Positions 24,421 to 35,956 are shown, counted from the first letter of the stretch. The stretch is DNA of 64,000 nucleotides from an uncultured Nitrospiraceae bacterium (GCA_963705105.1 CAVPIW010000014.1:160001-224000); one strand, 5' to 3'. Numbers and translations are program-made. Notes: generated from the sequence alone by a model not told the origin.

Positions 24421-26673
24421 GTGGACCTGAAAGGCATCATCGACACGATCGTCGAACTCGGCATGTGCCGGAAGTATCTCCGGATGTACCCGTCCGGTCA
24501 TGAGCAGGTAAAGCAGTCCGTCAGTCGGGCCCATCAGGTGCTCCAGCGCAGCATGGGCAGGCATCAGCAGCTCCGGATCGGTGTCATCGGAGAAACGTTC
24601 CTCCTCGGCACATATCTCTTCGACCCGAAGAATGCCCTTTGCCGGCAGCTCGCCCTGGCCCTGAAAAACCACGGGATCACGATGGTGACCTTTCTCAGGG
24701 GAGTGGGGCGGGACGACCTCCTGCAGTTCCTTCATCTTGTCGCGCGTGACGCCGACACGCTCTCTACCCAGGGGGGCATCGTCGCGGCGGCATCGAAAGC
24801 GGGCATCCGGAGGGTCCGTCTCAGCACCGTCGATTACAGCAAGTTCGCACTGACAGAGGAGCATTTGCCGGAAGAAGGAAAGGAGAGTCCCGGTGAGCAC
24901 TCTCTCTGGCAGGATTTTGTCGTCCACCTTTCCTGGGGAACCCTGGCGAAACCTGGTGAAGGGACCGATGCCGAACAGGCGGGACAGGTCCTTCCCTCGG
25001 CCCTCGCCAAGGCACTGAACGACAACCGCCTGGACGTTGCGACGGCGAGGCGGGTCTATGAGGAGACCCTCCAGTCCCATATGAATACCATCGGTCCGGG
25101 AGCCGTCAGCGCTCCTGTCTCCCGTGACATCGCCCAGCTCGACGTTCTCTTCAGGGAACTCAATCCGAAGCTCAAGGCCCAGTTCCTCGACATCACACTC
25201 GATTGTTGCGGCCTTCAGGCCGAGTCATCCCTTGCAGAGGCCCTCCTGAGCGGACTGTCTTACAGCCACGTCATCGAGATGATGAGACAGGCGAACGCGC
25301 AGGGAAAGGAGCTGTCTCCGAGCCTGATGCATCTTGTCCGCAAGGTTGCGAACATCCGGAACATGTCGAACCTGTGTGAGCCTCCTCCCGAGGACATCCC
25401 GGCGCTGAGCGCGGGATCGACCGTCGACGAGAACGGGTTAAAGAAACTGTTTGAGCCCGAGGAATACGAAAAATACGTACCCACCGACTATGACGCGCTG
25501 CTCGGAGACCTGAGCGAGAGTCAGGCATCCGGCGAAGGGGAGACGTCAGGGGAATTCGTCCTTGATGATTATCTCACATCTCTCGATGAGCCTGCGCTGA
25601 GCTGCCAGATCTCCCGCCTGCTTCTGGCCTTCATGTCCATGAACATCGGTGCCGGCGAGTATGGTGTGTATGCCGGCAAGCTCGTCGTTCTCGCGGAGAC
25701 CCTGCTGGATGCGGGCAAGTTCGACCTCCTTGCCGAGATCGTCGACAGCCTTGAGAGGGATGCGAGGCTGAATATCGATCCCGGGATCCGCTCTGTGGCA
25801 GCTGAGACGCGTGAACGGTTCCGGGACCCCCATTTCGCATCGCAGGCCGTCTCTTCTTTCCTCTACCAGGTTGCTGACGGCGACAGGGACGGGCAGGATT
25901 TCCTCATCGCCCTCGGTCCGGTCGTCGTTCCTGATGCCGTGAATTACTATGCCCGGCCGGAGCGCTCCGACGCCGAGCAGGCGGCTCTGTTGCCCGTCCT
26001 TGCGGCACATCGCCGGGAAGCGGCCATCGAGGCGCTTGACCGGATCCGTGATCCGAGACCCGAATTCGTCCGACACCTGCTGTCCCTCCTGCGGTTGCTC
26101 GATTACCGGGAAGCGGCACAGCAGCTGAGGACCTTTATCTCACATCCGAGCCTCGACGTCCGTATGGAGGCGCTTGAGACGCTGCTGGCCTTCCGGGATC
26201 CGATGGCGATCGTTTTCCTGAGAAGAGCGCTTCACTCCCCAAGAGCTGACGTCTCGTCAAAAGCAGTCTCTCTTTCGGGGAAATACAAGGTGGCTGACAT
26301 AGTTCCTGATCTCATTGAGATTATTAAGCCCCGCATTCTCTTTCCCTCCGATTTCAGCCGCTATGAGGAGGTGATCATCGCCCTCGGGCGAATCGGTGAT
26401 CCCCAGGCGATTCCTGTGCTCGAAAAGATAGCGAAGGCGACATGGACATTCGCCTCGGAACAGCTTGAGCAGCTGAAGGTCGTTTTGTTTAAGTCCCTCG
26501 ATGCCTATCCCTATGAGGACCTGGAGGACCTCCTGAACATCGGACTGCGCGCCCCTGATGAGCACATCCGCGCCGCCAGCCGGTGGGTTGTCATGTGCGG
26601 TCAGAGGCGGTCAGGAGCACAAGTGAGCGGGGAAACACCGGGGAAGCAACAGGAAAGGGACGGCGCGAGGTAG
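24421..26673 (+). CDS. HEAT-repeat protein
   Basis: N-terminal MYPSGH motif; C-terminal HEAT-like repeats (VRMEALETL, ALGRIGDPQAIPVL). Confidence 0.75.
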   Translation: MDLKGIIDTIVELGMCRKYLRMYPSGHEQVKQSVSRAHQVLQRSMGRHQQLRIGVIGETFLLGTYLFDPKNALCRQLALALKNHGITMVTFLRGVGRDDLLQFLHLVARDADTLSTQGGIVAAASKAGIRRVRLSTVDYSKFALTEEHLPEEGKESPGEHSLWQDFVVHLSWGTLAKPGEGTDAEQAGQVLPSALAKALNDNRLDVATARRVYEETLQSHMNTIGPGAVSAPVSRDIAQLDVLFRELNPKLKAQFLDITLDCCGLQAESSLAEALLSGLSYSHVIEMMRQANAQGKELSPSLMHLVRKVANIRNMSNLCEPPPEDIPALSAGSTVDENGLKKLFEPEEYEKYVPTDYDALLGDLSESQASGEGETSGEFVLDDYLTSLDEPALSCQISRLLLAFMSMNIGAGEYGVYAGKLVVLAETLLDAGKFDLLAEIVDSLERDARLNIDPGIRSVAAETRERFRDPHFASQAVSSFLYQVADGDRDGQDFLIALGPVVVPDAVNYYARPERSDAEQAALLPVLAAHRREAAIEALDRIRDPRPEFVRHLLSLLRLLDYREAAQQLRTFISHPSLDVRMEALETLLAFRDPMAIVFLRRALHSPRADVSSKAVSLSGKYKVADIVPDLIEIIKPRILFPSDFSRYEEVIIALGRIGDPQAIPVLEKIAKATWTFASEQLEQLKVVLFKSLDAYPYEDLEDLLNIGLRAPDEHIRAASRWVVMCGQRRSGAQVSGETPGKQQERDGAR

Positions 26674-26675
26674 CG

Positions 26676-27818
26676 ATGGAAGAGTTGATCTACAAAGACG
26701 ACCTGCTCAGGCTGGTTGCATATATGACGACGGCAGTCAGAAGCATCCGGCAGTACTCGCCGGGTCATCCCCTCACACAGCGATCCCTGAACACGGCATG
26801 CCAGCACCTGGCGGACCTGATCCGGGCGCGGAGGGAAATCACCTGTCTCATTATTGACGACGATCTTGTCATCGACGGCCGGCCGCTCCGGTCGAACCCT
26901 TCAGCCGAACAATTCATGAAGCTCCTGAAGGAAAGGGACCTCCAGAGGATCACGTTCCTTAAAGGCATGAAGGAAGAAGATCTCTCATCACTCCTGTTCT
27001 GTCTCGCCACAGGTGCCGATGTGACGGGCAAGACCGGAGATGCCATCAAGATCGGCAAGGTCATTGTTCCTGTCGACCAGGACACAATTGAAAAAACCGA
27101 AGATGAAGGGACGGGCAGTGATCGCACGGAAACCATCATCCAGGCCAGAGATGCCATGATTGACGAACTCAAATGTCTGTATGCCGATGCGAAGCGCATG
27201 AAGAGGATCGACATGAGCCGGATCGACAGTATGATCAGGATATTCGCCGCCGGCATGGCGCGGGGGCTCAATCCCATTTCCCTCCTGATATCACTCAAGT
27301 CTGCCGATGAGTATACCTTTACGCACGTCATCAATGTCTGCATCCTCACTATGAGCCAGGCCGAAACCCTTGGATTCAAGGGGGATTATCTCTATAGCAT
27401 CGGCATCGCATCGCTCCTCCATGATGTGGGCAAGCTCTTCGTCCCTGATGAAATCATGAAAAAGCCGGGGGGACTCACGCAGGAAGAGCGCAGGATCGTC
27501 GAGACCCACACGATCAACGGCGCCCGGTACATCCTCCAGTTGAGCAACATTCCGAAACTGGCGGTCCTCGGCGCACTGGAACATCACATCAGGTTTGATG
27601 GAACGGGATATCCGCTGATGAAGCAGCGCTGGCAGCCGAATGTCGTGAGCCAGATGATCGCCGTCTCCGATGTTTTCGACGCCCTTCGGAGCCGGCGCTG
27701 CTACTCGGAACCGAAGCCGCAGGAATTGATCCTCAAGATCCTGAACGACGAGAAAGGGACGGCCTTCCATCCCCATATGGTGGATAATTTCCTCAGAATG
27801 ATATCCCGGCGTCAGTAA
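26676..27818 (+). CDS. HD-GYP domain phosphodiesterase
   Basis: YTFTH, LHDVGK, HHIRFDGTGYP, DVFDAL. Confidence 0.9.
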   Translation: MEELIYKDDLLRLVAYMTTAVRSIRQYSPGHPLTQRSLNTACQHLADLIRARREITCLIIDDDLVIDGRPLRSNPSAEQFMKLLKERDLQRITFLKGMKEEDLSSLLFCLATGADVTGKTGDAIKIGKVIVPVDQDTIEKTEDEGTGSDRTETIIQARDAMIDELKCLYADAKRMKRIDMSRIDSMIRIFAAGMARGLNPISLLISLKSADEYTFTHVINVCILTMSQAETLGFKGDYLYSIGIASLLHDVGKLFVPDEIMKKPGGLTQEERRIVETHTINGARYILQLSNIPKLAVLGALEHHIRFDGTGYPLMKQRWQPNVVSQMIAVSDVFDALRSRRCYSEPKPQELILKILNDEKGTAFHPHMVDNFLRMISRRQ

Positions 27819-27881
27819 AGACAATTAAGTCATTGAGTAAAAAGGAAATTATTAACCCGGCACTTGAATACTTATAACAGC

Positions 27882-27966
27882 GTCATTGCCGCAACCCCGC
27901 ACTTGATGCAGGGGGGTCGGCAATCCTTCTGAAAATGGAAGGGATTCCGGACAAGCCGGAATGACA
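27882..27966. repeat. GTCATT..AATGAC palindromic REP-like element
   Basis: GTCATTGCCGCAACCCCGCAC..GATTCCGGACAAGCCGGAATGACA; inverted relative at 44732-44818. Confidence 0.7.
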
Positions 27967-28063
27967 GAGCGTAGGATGGTTCATCTGTTTGATTGCCATG
28001 GTAATAAGTTGACTGAGTTGAATACGTACACCATCGCCCCGCCTTTTCCTGCGACGGCAGGGG

Positions 28064-30101
28064 TTACTCTCCGGGTGAATCCGCCTCTTTCCTGTCGGGG
28101 ATTGTAAAGTAGAAGACCGTTCCCCTGTCCGGCCCGGGCTCCGCCCAGATGCGGCCGCCATGGCGTTCGACGATCTTCTTGCATGTGGCAAGGCCGATCC
28201 CCGTCCCGGGATATTTGTCCTTGTGGGCCCTGTGAAAGATGTCGAAAATATGTTCGCCCTGCTCCGAAGGGATACCTATGCCGTTGTCGCGGACCGAGAA
28301 GGTCCATTCGCCGTCTCCCCGTGCGGCGGAAATATGGACGCGGGGAGGATCGTCATCGACGAATTTTATGGCGTTGGCGACGAGATTCTGGAAGAGCTGC
28401 GCGAGCTGGACATCGTCCGCCTCGACTGCAGGGAGGGCGTCGCGGGTGATGACGGCACGGCTCTGCTCAATGGATATTTTCAGGTTGGAGAGGACGCGGT
28501 CCAGGACCTCGTCGCATGCCGTCTGCCGGAAGGGCTTCGCCTGGGTGCCCACGCGGGAGAAGGCGAGGAGCTCGCTGATGAGCGTCTGCATCTGGTTTGC
28601 CCGCTGCAGGGTGTCGGCGATCAGGTCTTTCGATTCCGCATCGGCCTGCCCGCGGAGCTGCCGTTCGATGAGTTTCAGGTCCATCGCCATGACGAGGAGA
28701 GGCTCCTTCAGGTCGTGGGAGGCGACATAGGCGAAATTCTCCAGGTCCGTATTCGACCGTTTCAGCTCCGCCACTGCCTTCTCCAGCTTTTCTTCGGCCT
28801 TCACGCGTTCGCCGATTTCGTCACGGAGGGCGCTGTTCGCGGCCTTCAGGTCTTCGGTGTACCGCGCGAGGTTGCGGGCCATCTCATTGAAGCTGGCGGC
28901 GACGAAGGTCATTTCGTCCTTTGAGTCGACAGAGACGTCGATGGCGAGGTCACCCTTGCCGATCCGGTCCGATGCATCGACGAGGGTGGAGAGGGCTTTT
29001 CGGACGGACAGGTAGTTTCCGATGAAAAGATAGAGCGGCACGCAGAGCGAAAGGAAGGCGAAGAGCGCGATGGCATTCCGCCGCAGCGCGAGGCGAGCCT
29101 GTCTCTCCTTCAGAAGGGTGCTGACCGCGTCCAGGAGCGCCTCGTGAAGTATGAAACCGGCGTTTATCGCGTCGGTGAAGACATTATAAAAATCGGCGGA
29201 ACCGATCGTCAGCGTCGGTGCCGACAGGATGTCCCGGTCGAGGATTTCCCTGGCCCTGCGGAATTTTCCTTCCGTCTCCCTGAAAGGAGCCGTCAACACG
29301 TTTGCGAAAGTCCGGCCTGACTCGATAGGCCTTTTCGAGGTTCCCCTTGACCTCTTCCAGTGATGACGTGCTCAGTCCCGTTAATATGGTCAGCTGAGCC
29401 CTCTCATGGATGGCGAGGCGTTTCGGGACGAGCGCGCCTGTCCCGATGCCCCTGATCTGCCCGGCATATTCGAGGGCCTGCGGAAGTTCGTGAAGGGCGG
29501 CGTCGACGAGATAGACCGTGTCGATGTGCGGATCGGTGGTCAGGCCCGAAATGTCGCCGATGTGCACGGCAAGGGACATGGTGCTCCTGATGAGTTCAGT
29601 GTGGCTGTTGAAGCTCTGCTTCTCGTTCATCGAAGGAAAATCAGCGATTAGATCTATCCAGCCGGTTCGCAAACGGGTCCATTCCTCACCGGTCCCCAGT
29701 TTTGCTCCAACGTTCCTGTCGAGGGAGTCGAGGGCGGAGATCTCTCTTTCGATACCCCGTTGCTTGTCGGCGATCTGTTCCCTCAGGGTGTCATCGCCGC
29801 TGAGGTAAGCCTTCGCCAGCGCGCGGTGCTGCTGGACGTTCTGCAGGAATTTCATCAGGGTCCCCGTGTACTCTATCCCCAGCCTCTGCCGCCCGGCGGC
29901 GGTCAGATCTTCGTTCGTCTCGGTCATGAAAAGGGCCATGAAAAGAGCCAGGGGGATTGCGACGACAAAGGCCATGAGGAGCATCTTCCGCGGGTAGCTC
30001 AGACGGTCCATGACGGTGACGGCCGGACGGAAGAGTGTCCCGGCTATACTCCCACCTATCACAGAGGGCTCCTTCCGATTGTTCTCTTTATCGTCAGTCA
30101 T
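28064..30101 (-). pseudogene. Membrane sensor histidine kinase (HAMP-HisKA-HATPase) split by a single-base frameshift
   Basis: The N-terminal ORF (TM plus periplasmic sensor) and C-terminal ORF (SHDLKEP, NLVANAIKF, DNGIGI, GTGIGL) join if one base of the run at 29307-29309 is removed. Confidence 0.75.
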
Positions 30102-30106
30102 CAGCG

Positions 30107-31499
30107 CTACCCGACAACGTCGAGGCTTCTCACACGGAGAGGCACGCCGAGGTCTTCGGTGATCCTGCGACATGCCGCAACATCGACACCGTCAGCATCG
30201 ACGACCGTCGCCTGGACGTCCGGTATATACGTCTTTCGCTTCCCTGATGAAGCGCAGGACCTCATCATAGGCGCCCGTGAAAGAGGGTTTGCAGATGCGG
30301 TCGTACGTTTCGGCGTCCTGCGCGTTCAAGCTTACCGAGACGGCGTCGACGAGCCCCTGCAGCTCGGGCAGGATATTGCGCTTATGGATGACCGCTCCGT
30401 GACCGTTCGTGTTGATCCTCACGGCGCCGCCCCGGTTCTTGACCCACGCAGCGACCTCTTTCACCGTTTCGAGCCGCAGCAGGGGTTCGCCGAGTCCGCA
30501 GAAGACCACCTGGCGGTACCGTCCCGGGTCCCCGACGGCGGCCTTGAGCTCATCGGCGCTCGGGTCCCTCCTCAACCGGAGATTGTGTCCCTTGACATAG
30601 TCACTGTAAAACCTCACGCAGAATCCGCAGGCGTTCGTGCACCGGTTCGTCACGTTTAAATAGAGGGAATCCCTGATTTGATAGGCGATTTCGCTCTCCG
30701 GCATTCCGCCGATACCGAAGAGGTTTTTTGCGTTAAGGGTAGTGATCCTGTCAAGGTCGTCGGGTGATATCCCTCTCAGCTCCGCGATGCGGCGGGCGGT
30801 GTGAACGATATAGGCCGGTTCATTCCGCTTTCCCCTCAGCGGGTCGGGGGTGAGATAGGGTGCGTCCGTCTCGATGAGGAGAAAGTCGTCGGGGATCATT
30901 TTCACCAGGTCCCTGAGCCGGGAGGCATTCTTATACGTCACAGGCCCCGCGATGGAAATGAGGAGGCCCCTGTCCATCAGCCTCTTCGCCATATCAGGGT
31001 CCCCGGAGTAACAGTGCATGACTCCCCTGGTGACGCCGGACTGCTCCACAATGGCGAGGGTGTCCTCACGGGCCTCCCTGCTGTGGATCACCACGGCCAG
31101 GCCGGTCTCCACCGCGTAGGCGAGCTGTCGTGCGAAGACCTCCCGCTGGACTTCCCGCGGCGAGTGATCATAATGATAGTCGAGGCCGATCTCTCCGAGG
31201 GCGACGACTTTCGGTGGAGGCCCGGCGTCTTCCGTGCAGCCGGCGTCGTTTCCCGTCGTCCACTCCCTGATCTGCCTGAAGATGTCGTCATTGAAGTCCT
31301 TTGCATCGTGGGGGTGGATGCCGACGGCGGCGTACACAAAATCGTAGCGGCGCGATAATTCGACGGCGCCCCGGCATCCCTCAAAATCCGATCCGATGGT
31401 TATGACGGCCTCCAGTCCGGCCTCGCGGGCCCTCCTGATCACATCGTCACGGTCCCTGTCAAAGGCCTCCATCTCAAGGTGGCAGTGTGAATCGATCAT
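30107..31499 (-). CDS. tatD: TatD nuclease fused to a TatD-associated radical SAM domain; frameshift near the C-terminus
   Basis: IDSHCHL, GEIGLDY, ETDAPYL, then CTNACGFC. Plausible tail YIPDVQATVV...LRVRSLDVVG* lies in another frame after 30234-30236. Confidence 0.85.
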
Positions 31500-31540
31500 G
31501 CCTCTTTCCTTAACCTCAACCTCATCAACGCCCTGCGATT

Positions 31541-32887
31541 CTAAGCCCGCCACCGGGCGATGTAGGCATCGACGTTGAATTTCGAGCGGCATCCGCCGTC
31601 ACTCATGTATCTCACCTTTCCGAAGACGGGTCGCCTCGGCCAGGCCCTGTCATGGACGCCCCCTATGCTCCAGGCAATCCCCGCATACCCGTTGGGGTCC
31701 CTGCCGTCGAGCTCATACCGGTCGTTGAGACGGATGGCAATGTCCATCGCCTGCTCTGGCGACGCGGTCCACTGAAGAATCTTTTTCGCCCAGTACATCC
31801 GCATGTACCCGTGCATCTTTCCGCGTCGCACCATCTCCCTCTGGGCCGCGTTCCAGAGCTCATCGTGCGTGGCTGCCGCTTCGAACTGCTCCGCCGAATA
31901 GATGTATTCCCTCTGCGTATGGCGTTCCCCGTCGAGGCTCTTCCGCGCCCATTCGGGGAATCCTTCGAAAGAATCGTAGTGCGCGTTATAGAAACAGAAG
32001 TTGTCCGAAAGCTCCCTTCGGACGACAAGTTCCTCAAGAAAGGCATCCCGTGAGTCCCTGCGCACGTCGGCCTTCAGCACATCGAGGGCCACTCGCTGGC
32101 ACGAGAGGTGACCGAAATGGAGGTACGGAGAGAGGTCCGATTGGCCGTCGCCTGTCGGGTCGTTCCGCAGGTCGTGGTAGCGGTCGAGGCGCTTCTGAAT
32201 GAACACTTTCAGGGCCCTTCCGGCAGGATCTTCCCCGGGTTCCAGCCAGGTAACTTCGGGCACGGACCGGTCGGCCTCAGTCTTGCCGAAAACAGCGTCC
32301 CAATCGTTCGCTGTTTGAGGTACGTCCGACGCATGGGGGTGTTTCCGGACACGCGGCATGTCATGAAGGAACGACGGGAGCGCCTTCCTGATCTTCGGAC
32401 GGATGGTGTAAGCGGCATATTCCTGCTTTTGCGAAGCCGCTCTGCAGGGAACGATGTTGTGGGCATCGACTTCATACATAGGGATCGTGATCGTCCGGGC
32501 GACGGATTCCTTCCACTGTCGTTTGACGCGGAGCGGATCGAAATCGGTGACAAGGGCGCCGGCGCCTGCCTCCGCCAGAAACGCCGGGAGCTCTTCTGCA
32601 GGATCGCCCCTGAGAAGGCGGAAGGCTATGTTGAGGCTCGCCAGTCGTTCCTCAACCTGCCGCAGTCCCCTGAACATGAATGCATACTGGCGATAGGCAG
32701 CGTTCAGGAAGAGGGGGACGAGGCAGAAGACGACGACGAGCGGGACTTTCAGCCCGACGGCGAGGTCCTGACCGTGGAGGAGCGCCCAATTGTCGCCCAC
32801 CCTCTGGTCGCGGCTCATCCAGTAGACCACCGGTCCCCTTGCGGGAGACCCTTGTCTGAGTATGGCTGCCCTTCGTTCGTCTACCAT
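31541..32887 (-). CDS. phr: Class II CPD photolyase
   Basis: YWMSRDQR, DAHNIVP, LSPYLHFG, RRELSDNF, MHGYMRMYWAKK, DGRDPNG. Confidence 0.93.
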   Translation of the reverse strand: MVDERRAAILRQGSPARGPVVYWMSRDQRVGDNWALLHGQDLAVGLKVPLVVVFCLVPLFLNAAYRQYAFMFRGLRQVEERLASLNIAFRLLRGDPAEELPAFLAEAGAGALVTDFDPLRVKRQWKESVARTITIPMYEVDAHNIVPCRAASQKQEYAAYTIRPKIRKALPSFLHDMPRVRKHPHASDVPQTANDWDAVFGKTEADRSVPEVTWLEPGEDPAGRALKVFIQKRLDRYHDLRNDPTGDGQSDLSPYLHFGHLSCQRVALDVLKADVRRDSRDAFLEELVVRRELSDNFCFYNAHYDSFEGFPEWARKSLDGERHTQREYIYSAEQFEAAATHDELWNAAQREMVRRGKMHGYMRMYWAKKILQWTASPEQAMDIAIRLNDRYELDGRDPNGYAGIAWSIGGVHDRAWPRRPVFGKVRYMSDGGCRSKFNVDAYIARWRA

Positions 32888-33002
32888 GACACATTCATAA
32901 TACCACGGGTATCAGGGAGGCGACAAAAAGCAGCAGGGATTGTAGCTTGCGGGAAAGAAACATTATCCGCTACAATGGCTTCATTACCCCGGGGCATGTA
33001 TT

Positions 33003-33281
33003 TACCCTATAGCTGCATTGAAAGGCGGGGCGAAGCGCTCTGAAATACAGTGTCAGTGACAGTGTGAGTGTCAGCAAAAAGTTCACCTTTTTCAGCCGTC
33101 GGCCTGAAATAGCTTCATCGATGTCGGGCCGTTCGGGGAACGGCCCCTACAGGATTCCGCTGTCTGTGTCATCGACCATTGGCATGCAGTTCATCTTTCG
33201 TTTTGATACAGGTGTCGCCGCAGCAAGGTTGTCAGCGCATACACCCCGCCTTTCCCGGGAGTGTATTGCAACGATAAGGTT
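33003..33281 (-). repeat. Modular MITE-like repeat, copy 6 (with internal GTAG hairpin)
   Basis: TACCCTATAGCTGCA..GAAAGGCGGGGCGAAGC ... CCCCGCCTTTCCCGG..TGCAACGATAAGGT. Confidence 0.9.
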
Positions 33282-33299
33282 TACGACAGGAGGACGATC

Positions 33300-33785
33300 G
33301 TGAAATTCACCCATTTCGACGAGGAGGGGAAGGCAAGGATGGTCGACGTCTCCGCAAAACCTGCGACGCTCCGCGATGCTGTCGCCTCCGGCAGGATCGT
33401 CATGAAGCCGGAGACGCTAAGGATGATCGGAGAGGGACAGGTCGCCAAGGGCGACGTCCTCGGCGTGGCCCGCCTTGCCGGCATCATGGCGGCGAAGCGG
33501 ACGGGAGACCTCATCCCCCTGTGCCACCCCCTGCCGGTCACCTCTATTACGATCGAGTTCGCACTCGACGAAGCCGCCAGTGCCGTCGATATCAAGTCAA
33601 CGGTGAAAACAGTGGGACAGACCGGCGTCGAGATGGAGGCACTCGTCGCTGCATCGGTCGCAGCCCTCACGATCTACGACATGTGCAAGGCCGCTGACAG
33701 GGAAATGGTCATCTCCGACATCAAGCTCCTCAGGAAAAGCGGCGGCAAGAGCGGGGTCTTTGTCCGGAGCGACACAAAGAGCTGA
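33300..33785 (+). CDS. moaC: Cyclic pyranopterin monophosphate synthase
   Basis: [41 protein letters not shown]. Confidence 0.96.
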   Translation: MKFTHFDEEGKARMVDVSAKPATLRDAVASGRIVMKPETLRMIGEGQVAKGDVLGVARLAGIMAAKRTGDLIPLCHPLPVTSITIEFALDEAASAVDIKSTVKTVGQTGVEMEALVAASVAALTIYDMCKAADREMVISDIKLLRKSGGKSGVFVRSDTKS

Positions 33786-33804
33786 CCGGCACGGTCACCT
33801 TCCG

Positions 33805-35394
33805 ATGCCCCAGGCGTCACCCTCTGTCCTTCTCATCAATCCTCCCGTCACAAAGCCCTGTGAGCCGCCTGCGGGCATGGCGAAGCTCTCGGCTGCTCTC
33901 AGGGGATACGGTATCGCTCACCGCATCATTGATGCCAATGTCGGGGGGCTCCTCTGTTTGTTGGCGCGACCTCTGCCTTCCGGCAGGGGAGACGACGCGT
34001 GGACGAAAAGGTCTGTTCGCAACGTTGAGCACAACCTTTCGCTTCTGAGGGACTTCTCCCTGTATGGGCACAGGGACCGTTACATGAGGGCTGTGAAGGA
34101 CATCGGGAGGGTCCTTGCCCGCGCATCTCCTCCCGGCATTGGCGTGGGGATCGCGAATTACGAGCAGAATGATCTCTCGCCCCTGAGGAGCGCCGATCTC
34201 ATCGCCGCCTCGGAACGTCCGGAGAGGAATCCCTTCTATCCCTACTTCAGGTCGCAAATCGAGGAGGTCTTCCACGATTTCACACCGACGGCCGCCGGCA
34301 TTTCCCTGAACTTTCTCAGCCAGGCCATCCCTGCCTTTTCCCTGATCGGCGCCCTGCGCCGCGCCTGCCCGGGACTCACGGTGATTGTGGGCGGGGGTCT
34401 TGTCACATCATGGCTGAGCAACCCCCGGTGGACAAACCCTTTTCGGGGCCTCATCGATCACCTCGTCGCCGGTCCCGGTGAGCACCGCCTTGCGGCGCTG
34501 CTCGGGATGACTCCCCGCCCTGAGGAAAGATGGTGCCCGGATTACTCGTCACTGCATGACAACGGGTATCTCGCCCCGGGGTTTGTTGTCCCCTACAGCG
34601 CCTCGGCGGGCTGTTACTGGAGAAAGTGCCGTTTTTGTCCCGAGACATCCGAGGCAAATCCCTACGCGCCGGTCCCTGCCGGTCAGGTGATGGAGGACCT
34701 GAAGAAACTTGCGGAGAAGACTTCCCCCGTCCTCATCCATTTTCTCGACAACGCCATGAGTCCAGCGCTCCTCCGTGCCCTCGCCGCAGGGGGACCGGGT
34801 ATTCCCTGGTACGGGTTCTGCCGTATCGATTCGGGACTGGTGGATCCTGATTTGTGCATGGCCCTCAGGGAGTCCGGTTGCGTCATGCTCAAACTCGGGA
34901 TAGAGTCGGGGGATCAGGGGGTGCTTAATGCCCTGGGAAAGGGGATCACCGCGGAGACGGCATCGCGTGTATTGAAAAATCTCAAGAGGGCAGGCATTGC
35001 AACATATGTCTATCTCCTGTTCGGCACGCCGGCGGAGTCGGAGGAGGCGGCCCGGAACACTCTTGCATTCACGGTCCGCCACTGCGACAGCATCGACTTT
35101 CTCAACCTGGCCATTTTCAACATGCCTGTCTGCGGAGATGAGGCCGAGGAGATGGAGACGAGGAACTTTTATGAAGGGGACCTGTCACTCTACAGGGAAT
35201 TTACCCATCCGCTGGGATGGAACAGGAGGCGCGTCAGGGCCTTCCTCGACAGGGAATTCAGGAGACACCCGGCGATATCGCCGATCCTGATGAATGATCC
35301 CCCGTTCTTTACCTCGAACCATGCCCCCTTCTTCGTCATGCAGCGCCAGACATACCCTTGCAGTTGCATAGAGAGGCGTGGCGAAACGCTCTGA
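33805..35394 (+). CDS. Radical SAM protein (B12-binding class-like)
   Basis: LLINPP, GCYWRKCRFC, GIESG, YLLFGTP. Confidence 0.85.
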   Translation: MPQASPSVLLINPPVTKPCEPPAGMAKLSAALRGYGIAHRIIDANVGGLLCLLARPLPSGRGDDAWTKRSVRNVEHNLSLLRDFSLYGHRDRYMRAVKDIGRVLARASPPGIGVGIANYEQNDLSPLRSADLIAASERPERNPFYPYFRSQIEEVFHDFTPTAAGISLNFLSQAIPAFSLIGALRRACPGLTVIVGGGLVTSWLSNPRWTNPFRGLIDHLVAGPGEHRLAALLGMTPRPEERWCPDYSSLHDNGYLAPGFVVPYSASAGCYWRKCRFCPETSEANPYAPVPAGQVMEDLKKLAEKTSPVLIHFLDNAMSPALLRALAAGGPGIPWYGFCRIDSGLVDPDLCMALRESGCVMLKLGIESGDQGVLNALGKGITAETASRVLKNLKRAGIATYVYLLFGTPAESEEAARNTLAFTVRHCDSIDFLNLAIFNMPVCGDEAEEMETRNFYEGDLSLYREFTHPLGWNRRRVRAFLDREFRRHPAISPILMNDPPFFTSNHAPFFVMQRQTYPCSCIERRGETL

Positions 35395-35722
35395 AAACCA
35401 GTGTCAGTGACAGTGTGAGTGTCAGTACAAAGGTCACCTTTTTTGCCGTCGGCCTGAAACAGCTTCATCGATGCCGGGCCATTCGGGGAATGGCCCCTAC
35501 ACGATTTCATCCTTTGTGTGGTCGACCATTGGTTTGAAAGGTTGTCTTCTGTGAGAGTTATGGTGTCGCCGCAGCAAGGTTTTCGGCGCTTCACCCCGCC
35601 TTTCCGGAGAGCGTATTACGCGATATGCGTATCCCCGCGTGTCGGTGTTCCCGCCCGGGGTTCGTGGCGTGATGGTGATACACCCCGCCTTTCCGGAAAT
35701 CACATGCAGTGTATTCAGTATA
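35353..35722 (-). repeat. Modular MITE-like repeat, copy 7 (longest, duplicated end module)
   Basis: Contains the TGACAC-track, GTAG-hairpin and CCAATGGTCGA modules; CACCCCGCCTTTCCGG occurs twice. Confidence 0.9.
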
Positions 35723-35956
35723 CTTTCTTGCACCCCTGCCTCTGCGGCTTTCGCCGTCGACTCCCGCCGCCATGAACATTACCCGTGAATTTTGCTTCAG
35801 AAACCAAACCCTATCCTCCCTTTCGAGGTCTCACTGTAAGTCGTTATTTGGACAGGGTATTGATTCATATGCCATGACGGAAGGCGGGCGAAGGGTAACT
35901 TAGTCAGATTAATTACTTAATGACTCAGTGACTTCATGACTTTGTGCCTTGGTGAC

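Noticed and set aside
33048..33075. CRISPR array from the CAGTGT/GTGTCA periodic track
   Set aside because: Short low-complexity module within a dispersed repeat; no repeat-spacer periodicity and no cas genes.
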